Assembly (NCBI GenBank): GCA_017472685.1
Contig: JAFUOO010000013.1
Location: 78,964 to 110,963, forward strand
Reading direction: 5' to 3'
DNA length: 32,000 bases
Source: Clostridia bacterium
Lineage (GTDB): Bacteria; Bacillota; Clostridia; UMGS1883
Part shown: positions 1 to 8,406 of the stretch, piece after piece
How positions within the stretch are numbered: position 1 is the stretch's first letter
Layout: the number at the start of each line of letters is the position of its first letter
Translations under genes and position numbers: made by a program
Notes under the pieces: model-generated
What the model saw: only the letters and a program-made list of their open reading frames with translations
What the model was told of the DNA's origin: nothing
Databases searched by the model: none

Positions 1-2
1 TT

Positions 3-1964
3 GTGGGCCTTTTGCACGATGTTATTGAAGACACACCCTATGGCTACGAAAAGCTTAAAAACGAATTCGGCGAGCAGGTTGCCTACCTTGTTGAAGGGGT
101 GACAAAGCTCGACAAAATCAAGTCCACCTCCCGTGAGGAGGCACAGGTGGAAAACCTCCGCAAAATGATTCTCGCCATGGCAAAGGATATACGTGTAATT
201 TTGGTAAAGCTTGCAGACAGGCTTCACAATATGCGTACAATGAAGTTCATGAGCGAGGAAAAACAGAGGGAAAAGTCTCACGAAACGCTGGAGGTTTATG
301 CGCCTCTTGCTCACAGATTGGGTATTTCTACAATAAAGGGCGAGCTTGAAGACTTGTCTATAAAATATCTCGACAGCGTGGGCTATTATGAAATTGTTGA
401 GGGTCTTAAGCATAAAAAGGGCGAAAGAGAAGAATATGTAAACCTCATAAAGGAAACTCTCGGTCACAAGCTCGAGGACATGAACATTCATGCCCATATT
501 TCGGGCAGAGCAAAGCATATCTATTCTATTTATCGCAAAATGTATTCTCAGGGCAAAACCCTTGACGAAATATACGACTTGTTTGCAGTGCGTATAATTG
601 TTGACTCTGTGGCTGAATGCTATAGCGCTTTGGGTATGGTGCACGAATTGTATAAGCCCATTCCCGGACGCTTCAAGGATTATATTGCAATGCCCAAGCC
701 AAACATGTATCAGTCGCTCCACACAACCCTTATCGGTCCCACGGGTCAGCCCTTTGAGGTGCAGATAAGGACCTGGGAAATGCACAAGGTTGCAGAGCAG
801 GGTGTGGCAGCGCACTGGAAGTACAAGGAAGGCATTTCCGGCGAAACAGCTCAGGACGAAAAGCTTGCCTGGGTGAGACAGCTCCTTGAGGTGCAGAGCG
901 AGGCTACCGACTCTGAGGACTTTATGAAGAGTCTTAAGATTGACCTCTTTGCCGACGAGGTATTTGTCTTTACACCCCGCGGCGATGTTGTCAGCCTGCC
1001 TTTGGGTGCAACACCCATCGACTTTGCCTTCTATATCCATACCGCTGTAGGCTATAAGATGGTGGGAGCAAAGGCAAACTCCAGAATAGTGCCTCTTGAC
1101 TATCAGCTGAAAAACGGCGACATTGTTGAAATTATAACCACGGGTCATGTTAAAGGCCCCAGCCGTGACTGGCTCAATATTGTAAAAACAGCCCAGGCGC
1201 GCAGCAAGATAAATGCCTGGTTTAAAAAGGAAAACCGCGAGGTTAACATTGAGCGAGGCAAGGAAGCTGTTGAAAGAGAAATCAAAAAGCTTAACCTCAA
1301 TCCTCACGACCTTCTCAAGAATGAATACATCGAGCCCATGATAAGGCGCTACGGCTTTAACACCTTAGAGGATGCCTACTCCGCAGTGGGCTACGGCGGA
1401 ATTACTGCTGTCAAGCTTGCAATAAGGCTTCGTGAATACGCCTCCGCCGATCTGGACATAGTTATTGAGGACAAAATCCCCACAGCTCCCGAACAGCAGA
1501 AAAAGAGCAGCAGACCCTCAAACGGCATTGAGGTTGAGGGTGTTGACAACTGTCTTGTAAGGCTTTCTAAGTGCTGTAACCCCGTGCCGGGCGACGACAT
1601 TATCGGCTTTATTACACGCGGCAGAGGTGTAAGCGTGCACAGAGCAAGCTGTGTAAACGTGCGCGAGGATAAGCTCGATGACGAATCGCGCGCAAGGCGT
1701 ATAAGATGTATGTGGGCAGAGGGCGTTTCTCAGCGCTATCACGGCGAAATGCAGATTGAATGTGCTGACAGAAAGGGTATCCTTGCCGACATTGCATCGG
1801 TTGTGTCAGAAAACCAGATAAACATTGTTTCGGCAGTGTCTCATGCGCCCAAGGTAAAGGTTGCTATTATCACCTTGCAGGTTGAAATTTCAAGCCGCGA
1901 GCAGATGAATAACCTTATAAAGAAGCTTTACAGAGTACCCGGCATATTTGACATCAGAAGCTGA
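3..1964 (+). CDS. relA: Bifunctional (p)ppGpp synthetase/hydrolase RelA/SpoT family, 5' end truncated by window edge
   Basis: The ORF is open to the window edge and begins inside the HD hydrolase motif (LLHDVIEDT). It continues through the RelA/SpoT synthetase core (YSIYRKMY, HWKYKE), a TGS-like segment (VFVFTPRGDVVSLP) and a C-terminal ACT-like region. The first 'M' in the track is an internal codon, not a start. Confidence 0.95.
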   Translation: MGLLHDVIEDTPYGYEKLKNEFGEQVAYLVEGVTKLDKIKSTSREEAQVENLRKMILAMAKDIRVILVKLADRLHNMRTMKFMSEEKQREKSHETLEVYAPLAHRLGISTIKGELEDLSIKYLDSVGYYEIVEGLKHKKGEREEYVNLIKETLGHKLEDMNIHAHISGRAKHIYSIYRKMYSQGKTLDEIYDLFAVRIIVDSVAECYSALGMVHELYKPIPGRFKDYIAMPKPNMYQSLHTTLIGPTGQPFEVQIRTWEMHKVAEQGVAAHWKYKEGISGETAQDEKLAWVRQLLEVQSEATDSEDFMKSLKIDLFADEVFVFTPRGDVVSLPLGATPIDFAFYIHTAVGYKMVGAKANSRIVPLDYQLKNGDIVEIITTGHVKGPSRDWLNIVKTAQARSKINAWFKKENREVNIERGKEAVEREIKKLNLNPHDLLKNEYIEPMIRRYGFNTLEDAYSAVGYGGITAVKLAIRLREYASADLDIVIEDKIPTAPEQQKKSSRPSNGIEVEGVDNCLVRLSKCCNPVPGDDIIGFITRGRGVSVHRASCVNVREDKLDDESRARRIRCMWAEGVSQRYHGEMQIECADRKGILADIASVVSENQINIVSAVSHAPKVKVAIITLQVEISSREQMNNLIKKLYRVPGIFDIRS

Positions 1965-1984
1965 TGAATACAGTGATTACAGTC

Positions 1985-2014
1985 GGAAAAACAATCCCTC
2001 GGGGTTGTTTTTCC
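1985..2014 (+). terminator. Hairpin after relA (GGAAAAACAA / TTGTTTTTCC arms with inner CCC..GGG)
   Basis: 10-bp complementary arms read directly from the sequence, 21 nt after the relA stop. The T-rich 3' arm is consistent with an intrinsic terminator or attenuator. Confidence 0.45.
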
Positions 2015-2037
2015 TTCTTAGTTAATGGAGAAGTAAA

Positions 2038-2646
2038 ATGAAAATAAGGAAATTGGTTTTAGGGCAGTTGGGTACAAACGCTTACCTTTTAGGTGAAAAG
2101 CGGGTAGCGCTTGTTGACCCTGCCGCAAATGCAAAAGGAATTGTTGACTTTCTTGAGAAAGAAGGTCTTGTGCTTGACAAAATCCTGGTGACACACGGTC
2201 ACTTCGACCATGTGTGCGCATTGAAGGCATTGAAGGATATTACAGGCGCAAAGGTGTATATGCACAAGGACGATATTTCCATGCTGGGAAGCATGGAAAA
2301 GAGCTTTGGCTTTATGACGGGTGAAACTCCCGAAAAATGTGAAATTGACTTTGTGCTTGAAGGTGGCGAGGAAATTGAGCTTGATGGCGGCAAGGTTACT
2401 GTTATGCACACTCCCGGACACTCTCAGGGGTCGGTAAGCTATATCGGCGAGGGCTTTGTGTGCGCGGGCGACCTTATTTTCCGTGAAAGCATAGGCAGAT
2501 ACGACTTAGGCGGTGACTATGCAATTGAGATGGCATCCATAGGCAAGCTGTTCGATGCTATTGAAAACGATTGGACTATATTGCCCGGTCACGGCGCAGA
2601 AACCACAAAGGAGCACGAAGAGAAGCATAATCCCTATCTTGGATAA
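2038..2646 (+). CDS. MBL-fold metallo-hydrolase (hydroxyacylglutathione hydrolase-like)
   Basis: Canonical metallo-beta-lactamase motif THGHFDH plus downstream HTPGHS and PGHG. RBS GGAG lies upstream of ATG 2038. Confidence 0.9.
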   Translation: MKIRKLVLGQLGTNAYLLGEKRVALVDPAANAKGIVDFLEKEGLVLDKILVTHGHFDHVCALKALKDITGAKVYMHKDDISMLGSMEKSFGFMTGETPEKCEIDFVLEGGEEIELDGGKVTVMHTPGHSQGSVSYIGEGFVCAGDLIFRESIGRYDLGGDYAIEMASIGKLFDAIENDWTILPGHGAETTKEHEEKHNPYLG

Positions 2647-2676
2647 GCGGGTTTTGTCAGGAAAGTGGTAAGATAA

Positions 2677-4086
2677 ATGGAGATTGTGATAAATGGTCAT
2701 GAGGCGGAAAACGGTGTAAGGCAGATAATGCAGCTGTTTTTCTCACTGTCGGATGATGTGAGGGTTGAAAGTCACCTTGAAGGAAGAAGAGCATATGCAA
2801 AAATAACCCTTGGTGAAAAAAGCGCTACAGGTGAGGCATCCTCCACCTCAGGCGAAAAGCTTTATATAACAAATGCAATTAAAAAGTCTGTTTTTTATGC
2901 GGCAAAAAAGCTTTCAGACATGCCCACCCCTTGGGGCATATCTACAGGCATAAGACCCGCAAAGGGTGCACGTGTGCTCTTTGATAAAGGTTTTGGCGAA
3001 AATGATGTGAAAGCGCATCTTACAGGCGAATACCTCATGGACGAAAAAAAGGCAGAGCTTGCCATTATGGTGGCAAAAAAGGAAGCGGGCATTTTAAAGA
3101 GCATGGATAAAAAATCCGTGAGTATTTATGTGGGAATACCTTTCTGCCCATCGCGATGTGCATACTGCTCATTCATAAGCCAGGCGACAGAGCATAATAA
3201 TAAATATATTGAGCCCTATGTACAGGCGGTTTTAAAGGAAATTGAGCATACGGGCAAAATTATAAAAGAGCTTGGGATGAAGGTTGACACAATCTATTTC
3301 GGTGGCGGTACACCCACTGCAATAAAGCCAGAGCTACTTCAGAAGATAATCGGCTGCTTGAAGGATAATATGGATTTATCTTATTTAAGAGAGTTTACCG
3401 TTGAAGCAGGACGACCCGACACATTTTCAAAGGAAATGATGCAGATGCTTAAAAATGAGGGCGTTGGGCGTATAAGCATAAACCCCCAGAGCATGCATCA
3501 GAAAACCCTTGACACAGTAGGCAGAAGACACAGCGTCTTGGATGTGGAAAAGGCGTTTTATCTGGCTCACGAGGCAGGCATTGAAAGCATAAATGCAGAC
3601 CTTATCGCAGGCTTGCCCGGGGAAAATGCATCAATGATGGAGGAAACTGTAAATAAAATTTTAGCTCTTGAACCCGATGCCGTTACGGTGCATACCTTGT
3701 ATATGAAACGGGCGGCAAATCTTATTGACGAATTTGAAAAACTCAGGTTTACAAAAAATGTTGCAGACATGGTTGACATATCCATAGCAATGCTTAAGAA
3801 CAGGGGCTTTTTACCCTATTACATGTATAAACAGCGCAACACTTTGGGAAATCTTGAAAACGTAGGCTTTGCAAAGATGGGACATGAGAGCCTTTATAAC
3901 GTATATATAATGGAGGAGGTACAGCCCATTCTGGCAATAGGTGCGGGCGGCTCCACAAAAATGGTTTACAAGGAAGAAATTGAACGGGTTTTCAACCCAA
4001 AAGAAGCGGCAGATTATACTGCACGCATTGACGAGGTTTTAAAACGCAAGGATTTATTTTATGAATTTTATAAAAGGAGGACATGA
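2677..4086 (+). CDS. hemZ: Radical SAM coproporphyrinogen-dehydrogenase-like protein (HemZ/HemN family)
   Basis: CxxxCxxC radical SAM cluster motif (CPSRCAYCSF). The GGGTPT motif and HemN-type C-terminal region are present. Length and N-terminal extension are typical of the HemZ subgroup. Confidence 0.85.
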   Translation: MEIVINGHEAENGVRQIMQLFFSLSDDVRVESHLEGRRAYAKITLGEKSATGEASSTSGEKLYITNAIKKSVFYAAKKLSDMPTPWGISTGIRPAKGARVLFDKGFGENDVKAHLTGEYLMDEKKAELAIMVAKKEAGILKSMDKKSVSIYVGIPFCPSRCAYCSFISQATEHNNKYIEPYVQAVLKEIEHTGKIIKELGMKVDTIYFGGGTPTAIKPELLQKIIGCLKDNMDLSYLREFTVEAGRPDTFSKEMMQMLKNEGVGRISINPQSMHQKTLDTVGRRHSVLDVEKAFYLAHEAGIESINADLIAGLPGENASMMEETVNKILALEPDAVTVHTLYMKRAANLIDEFEKLRFTKNVADMVDISIAMLKNRGFLPYYMYKQRNTLGNLENVGFAKMGHESLYNVYIMEEVQPILAIGAGGSTKMVYKEEIERVFNPKEAADYTARIDEVLKRKDLFYEFYKRRT

Positions 4087-4088
4087 CA

Positions 4089-4454
4089 ATGGCATTTCTG
4101 GACGAACTGAGAGACCGTGCCGCTGATGCAATGCAGGTAACGGGAAAAAAGGTGGAAGAGGTTTACGGTGCCACAAAAGTAAAGCTGCAGATTGCAGATA
4201 AGCAGAGCGCTGTACGTACTCTTTACCGCGAGCTTGGTGAAATTGTTTACGAAAACAGCAAAAAGGATGAACCCGATTTTGATGCAGTTGAAGACAAGAT
4301 TGCAGAAATTGACCTTGCTTTTGACGCAATTGAGGAATTAAAGGCAAGCGAAAGAAAAATAAAAAATACCGTAAAGTGCCCCGCTTGCGGAGAAGATGTG
4401 GATAAGGAAGCCAACTTCTGCTCCAAGTGCGGATGCGAAATGAGCGCTGAATAA
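4089..4454 (+). CDS. Small coiled-coil protein with C-terminal zinc ribbon
   Basis: CPACG...CSKCG double CxxC motif at the C-terminus. The track ORF starts at ATG 4083, but GGAGG at 4076-4080 leaves only a 2-nt spacer. ATG 4089 has an 8-nt spacer and is preferred. Either start abuts or overlaps the hemZ stop at 4084-4086. Confidence 0.7.
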   Translation: MAFLDELRDRAADAMQVTGKKVEEVYGATKVKLQIADKQSAVRTLYRELGEIVYENSKKDEPDFDAVEDKIAEIDLAFDAIEELKASERKIKNTVKCPACGEDVDKEANFCSKCGCEMSAE

Positions 4455-4463
4455 GCCGAAAAA

Positions 4464-4494
4464 ACAGGGTGCCTTAAACGGCATCCTGTTTTTT
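4464..4494 (+). terminator. Intrinsic terminator after the zinc-ribbon gene
   Basis: ACAGGGTGCC / GGCATCCTGT 10-bp stem (one G-U pair), 6-nt loop, followed by a T-run. Confidence 0.7.
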
Positions 4495-4503
4495 GTTAAT
4501 AAA

Positions 4504-4533
4504 TTGTTCACTTTATTGCTACAGAATTATAAT
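4504..4533 (+). promoter_or_regulatory. Candidate sigma-A promoter of the efflux operon
   Basis: TTGTTC (4504-4509), 18-nt spacer, TATAAT (4528-4533). Confidence 0.4.
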
Positions 4534-4581
4534 CCAAAGGGTCTATGCTATAAAATAGCAAATAGTGAATGGAGGATTACT

Positions 4582-6483
4582 GTGAAGAATTTTTTTAAAA
4601 GCAAGTGGTTTAAAAGAGGCATAATCATTTTGCTCATTATTGCCATCGGTGCAGGAGTTTTTGCCTTTGCACGAAGCAGAAAAAGTACAGAAACAGACGC
4701 CAAAGAAATGGAAACAGCCATTGTTACAAGACGAAGCATTACCAATACGGTAACAGGCTCGGGTACTGTTGAGGCTTATGAAACATATAACATTGTTCCC
4801 ACCGTAACAGGCGAAATTGTATTCTGTGACACAGAAGAGGGACAATGGGTTGAGGAAGACCAGGTGCTCTATAAATTTGACACCGAAAAGAGCGACAACG
4901 CAATTTCTAAGGCACAGAACAGCGTTGAAAATGCTTCCTTAAGCCTTGAAACAGCACAGGAAAACGTTGAAAAGCTCACAATTGTGGCACCTGCTCAGGG
5001 TGTTGTAAGTAATCTTTCCCTTACAATAGGCGACAAGGCATCGGGCAGTGTGTGCACTCTTACAGACAATACATACATGATAACCGAAATCAAGGTTGCT
5101 GCATCGGATGTTGGCAAGATAGCCGCAGGTGACAAGGTTATTCTTGGTCTTGAAAAATATATGACAACAGTAGAAGCACGCGTTGACAGAATTTCCTCGG
5201 CAGCTGTTGCAGGCGAAAACGGAAGCCTGGTAACAGCAGTTGATGTTATTCTTGAAAACCCGGGCTCTATTGCCGAGGGCACCTATTGCTCTGCAACCTT
5301 CTGCACCGCATCAGGCGAATTTGACGGCGCGGAGGCATCAACTCTTAAATATCCCGACAGCGCAAAGGCTAATGCAGAGCAGTCGGGTACAGTAAAATCA
5401 ATCAATGTCAAAAACGGCGATTGGGTAGACAAGGGCGATGTTATTGCAGTTTTGGAAAACAGCCAGGTTACAAACCAGCTTAAAACTGCCCGCATGAATT
5501 ATTCAGATGCAGTTTCCAACCTTGCTGACACAAAAAAAGAGGCAGAAAATTATGTGCTGACTGCCCCCATTGCAGGTAAGGTTCTGCAGAAGAACTACAA
5601 AAAGGGCGACACTGTTGCGGGCAACAATTCCACAACACTTATGGTGCTTGCCGATACTACAAAGATGAAGTTCACAATCAACGTTGACGAGCTTGACGTT
5701 GCAAAGATAACAGTTGGTCAGGAAGTTATAATCGAAGCCGATGCTATCGAGGGCGAGACCTTTATAGGCAAGATTGAAACAGTTTCCATGCTGGGCACCT
5801 CCTCCTCGGGTGTTACATATTATCCCGTAAATGTTGTAATTGAAGAGCCCGGTGACCTTATCCCCGGAATGAACGTATCGGCAGAGATTGTTGTTGAAAG
5901 CGCAGAAAATGTTATAGCTGTGCCCTCGGGCGCGGTTACCTTCTACGACGGTGCATATTACGTGAATGTTGTAGGCGAGGTTGAAGGCATGGAGGATATG
6001 CCCTCAATGGGAGAGAGACCTCAGTTTGACCGTGGCGAAATGCCCGAAGGAGAAATGCCTACAGGTGATATGCCCGAGGGAAGAGCTCCTATGGGTGAAA
6101 TGCCTACAGGCGATGCTGAAGGTGGAATGCCCATGGGTGAAAGACCTACGGGAGGTATGCCTCAAAACAGTGAAGCCCCTGCCAATTTCGGCGCTGAACG
6201 AGGTGAAATGCCCCGGGATGGTATGCCTATGGGCGGAAACCGCAATAATGGCGAAAGAACGGAAATGAAGCAGAATATGTATTCCGAAAGCATACGTGTC
6301 CAGGTTACCACAGGCGTTTCCGACGACGATTACACTGAAATTGTAACAGGTGATATCAAGGTAGGCATGATTGTTGAGGTTACAGGCAGCGAAAGCCAGT
6401 CATCCGGTTGGGGCGGTATGCCTATGGGCGGCGGTATGCCTATGGGTGGCATGGGCGGCAGACCCATGGGCGGCATGAGATAA
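4582..6483 (+). CDS. Efflux periplasmic-adaptor / membrane-fusion protein (HlyD/MacA/YknX type) with Met-Pro-Gly-rich insertion and tail
   Basis: GGAGG at 4571-4575 followed by in-frame GTG at 4582. The TTG 4504 start in the track would overlap the predicted promoter. The N-terminal TM helix (IIILLIIAIGAGVFAF) is followed by a lipoyl-like hairpin, coiled coil and beta-barrel pattern typical of MFPs. ABC ATPase and FtsX permease genes lie immediately downstream. Confidence 0.85.
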   Translation: MKNFFKSKWFKRGIIILLIIAIGAGVFAFARSRKSTETDAKEMETAIVTRRSITNTVTGSGTVEAYETYNIVPTVTGEIVFCDTEEGQWVEEDQVLYKFDTEKSDNAISKAQNSVENASLSLETAQENVEKLTIVAPAQGVVSNLSLTIGDKASGSVCTLTDNTYMITEIKVAASDVGKIAAGDKVILGLEKYMTTVEARVDRISSAAVAGENGSLVTAVDVILENPGSIAEGTYCSATFCTASGEFDGAEASTLKYPDSAKANAEQSGTVKSINVKNGDWVDKGDVIAVLENSQVTNQLKTARMNYSDAVSNLADTKKEAENYVLTAPIAGKVLQKNYKKGDTVAGNNSTTLMVLADTTKMKFTINVDELDVAKITVGQEVIIEADAIEGETFIGKIETVSMLGTSSSGVTYYPVNVVIEEPGDLIPGMNVSAEIVVESAENVIAVPSGAVTFYDGAYYVNVVGEVEGMEDMPSMGERPQFDRGEMPEGEMPTGDMPEGRAPMGEMPTGDAEGGMPMGERPTGGMPQNSEAPANFGAERGEMPRDGMPMGGNRNNGERTEMKQNMYSESIRVQVTTGVSDDDYTEIVTGDIKVGMIVEVTGSESQSSGWGGMPMGGGMPMGGMGGRPMGGMR

Positions 6484-6500
6484 TATAAGGAGTCGGCTTT

Positions 6501-7196
6501 ATGATAAGAATTGAAGACATGTATAAAATATACAAGGTCGGCGACAGTGAGGTAAGAGCCCTTGACGGAGTGAGCCTGCATATAAAACCAAAGGAGTTTG
6601 TGAGCATTATAGGTCCCTCGGGCTCGGGTAAGTCAACCCTTATGAATATGATAGGCTGTCTGGATACTGCCACAAGCGGAACATATCTGATTGACGGAAC
6701 TCCTATTGAAAACCTTTCTGAAAACGAGCTTGCTGCAATAAGAAACAAAAAAATAGGCTTTATATTCCAGGTTTACAACCTGCTTCCCAAGCTGACAGCC
6801 CTTGAAAACGTTGAACTTCCCCTTATTTATCAGGGCATCCACGCAAAGGAAAGGCGCGAGATGGCAATTGAAGCACTTAAAAAGGTGGGCATGGAGGCAA
6901 GAATGCACCATAAGCCCAAGGAATTAAGTGGCGGTCAGCAGCAGAGAGTTGCAATAGCACGTGCCCTGGCACCTCACCCTCCGCTCATCCTTGCCGACGA
7001 GCCTACGGGCGCCCTTGATTCAAAAACGGGCGTGCAGGTCATGGAAATGCTCAAAGAAATTCACGCCGACGGCAATACTGTGGTGCTTATTACACACAAC
7101 ACCGACATTGCACGCCAGGCACAACGTGTTATCCGCATTGCTGACGGAAAAATCACAAGCGACACTACAAATACTGAGGGGGTTGTGTGCGAATGA
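6501..7196 (+). CDS. ABC transporter ATP-binding protein, MacB/FtsE-like
   Basis: Walker A GPSGSGKST, signature LSGGQQQR, Walker B LILADEPT and an H-loop ITHN are all present. Confidence 0.95.
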   Translation: MIRIEDMYKIYKVGDSEVRALDGVSLHIKPKEFVSIIGPSGSGKSTLMNMIGCLDTATSGTYLIDGTPIENLSENELAAIRNKKIGFIFQVYNLLPKLTALENVELPLIYQGIHAKERREMAIEALKKVGMEARMHHKPKELSGGQQQRVAIARALAPHPPLILADEPTGALDSKTGVQVMEMLKEIHADGNTVVLITHNTDIARQAQRVIRIADGKITSDTTNTEGVVCE

Positions 7197-8383
7197 CATT
7201 TGTTATGAGTATAAAAATGGCACTCAGCTCTGTATGGTCAAGTAAAATCCGCTCGTTTTTAACAATGCTCGGTATAATTATCGGTGTTGCAGCGGTTATA
7301 GCGTTGGTAAGCATGGTTTCCGCATCTACTCAACAGATGAAAACACAGCTTGAAAGCATGGGCACAAACCTTATTAATGTAAACATAAACCGAGGCTGGG
7401 GCTCGGGCAGAAGTGTGTCAAACAGTGAGCTTCAGGAATTCTGCGATGAAAATAGTGACATCATCGCTTACTGCTCGCCTGCAATTTCCTCCAGGAGCAC
7501 GGTTAAATACGGCGGCGAAAATGTTTCCTCCACACTTTATGGTGTATCGGGCGAATACACAACAATAAAAAACCGTGAGGTTGTTTCGGGAAGAAACTTT
7601 ACCCAGACAGACATTGAAAACAGAAACAATGTCTGCATTATAGGCGAATATCTTGTGCAGGAGCTTTTCGGCGGAATGGACCCTGTTGACCAGGAGTTGA
7701 AGATAAATAATGAGGTTTTCAAGGTTATAGGCGTGCTTGACCAGAAGTCCAGTAATGTTTCCCAGGGCGGTGAGGATGATATGGTAATGATTCCTTACTC
7801 AAAGGCACAGAGGCTTCTCCGCAATGCGGGCATTTCAAGCTTTGTTATTTCGGCTGCAAGTAGCGATTACACCGACGATGCAACCGAAGCGGTTGAAAAC
7901 TTTTTGTACAAGAAATTCAAAAATGAAAACTTTTATAACGTAATGGACCAGGCAGCCATGATGGATACCATCGACGAGGCACTGGCTTCAATGGCGCTTC
8001 TTGCGGCGGCAATTGCGGGCATTTCCCTTATTGTTGCGGGTATAGGCATTATGAATATTATGCTTGTAACGGTAACTGAAAGAACGAGAGAAATTGGTAT
8101 ACGTAAATCAATCGGTGCAAAAACAGGCGTAATTCTGATGCAGTTTCTGGTGGAAAGTGCCGTTATCAGCTGCATAGGTGGCATACTGGGCATTATTGTG
8201 GGTGTTGCGGGCAGTGCAGGTATATGTGTTGCCATGGGCATGCCAGTTTTAAGCCTTGCTGACCAGGCTGTAAGCATTATCGGCTCATTTGTGTTCTCAG
8301 CGGCGATGGGTGTATTCTTCGGTATGTACCCAGCCCGTAAGGCGGCAAAGCTCAACCCCGTAGACGCACTCAGGTATGATTAA
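7187..8383 (+). CDS. ABC transporter permease, FtsX/MacB-type (4 TM with large extracytoplasmic domain)
   Basis: An N-terminal TM is followed by a ~230-aa extracytoplasmic MacB_PCD-like region and a C-terminal FtsX 3-TM bundle ending in the PARKAAKLNPVDALRY motif. The start is either GTG 7187 or ATG 7193, the latter in an ATGA overlap with the upstream stop. Confidence 0.9.
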   Translation: MRMTFVMSIKMALSSVWSSKIRSFLTMLGIIIGVAAVIALVSMVSASTQQMKTQLESMGTNLINVNINRGWGSGRSVSNSELQEFCDENSDIIAYCSPAISSRSTVKYGGENVSSTLYGVSGEYTTIKNREVVSGRNFTQTDIENRNNVCIIGEYLVQELFGGMDPVDQELKINNEVFKVIGVLDQKSSNVSQGGEDDMVMIPYSKAQRLLRNAGISSFVISAASSDYTDDATEAVENFLYKKFKNENFYNVMDQAAMMDTIDEALASMALLAAAIAGISLIVAGIGIMNIMLVTVTERTREIGIRKSIGAKTGVILMQFLVESAVISCIGGILGIIVGVAGSAGICVAMGMPVLSLADQAVSIIGSFVFSAAMGVFFGMYPARKAAKLNPVDALRYD

Positions 8384-8406
8384 TCTATAAAAAGGAGACA
8401 AAAGTT

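Noticed and set aside
5981-6268. 95-aa alternative-frame ORF (+) inside the adaptor gene
   Set aside because: It is created by the tandem GAAATGCC repeats staying open in a second frame. It has no RBS and is fully nested in the adaptor's repeat insertion.
7933-8355. 140-aa ORF antisense to the FtsX permease
   Set aside because: It is the mirror ORF of a hydrophobic membrane-protein gene. The plus-strand product has the diagnostic FtsX C-terminal motif.
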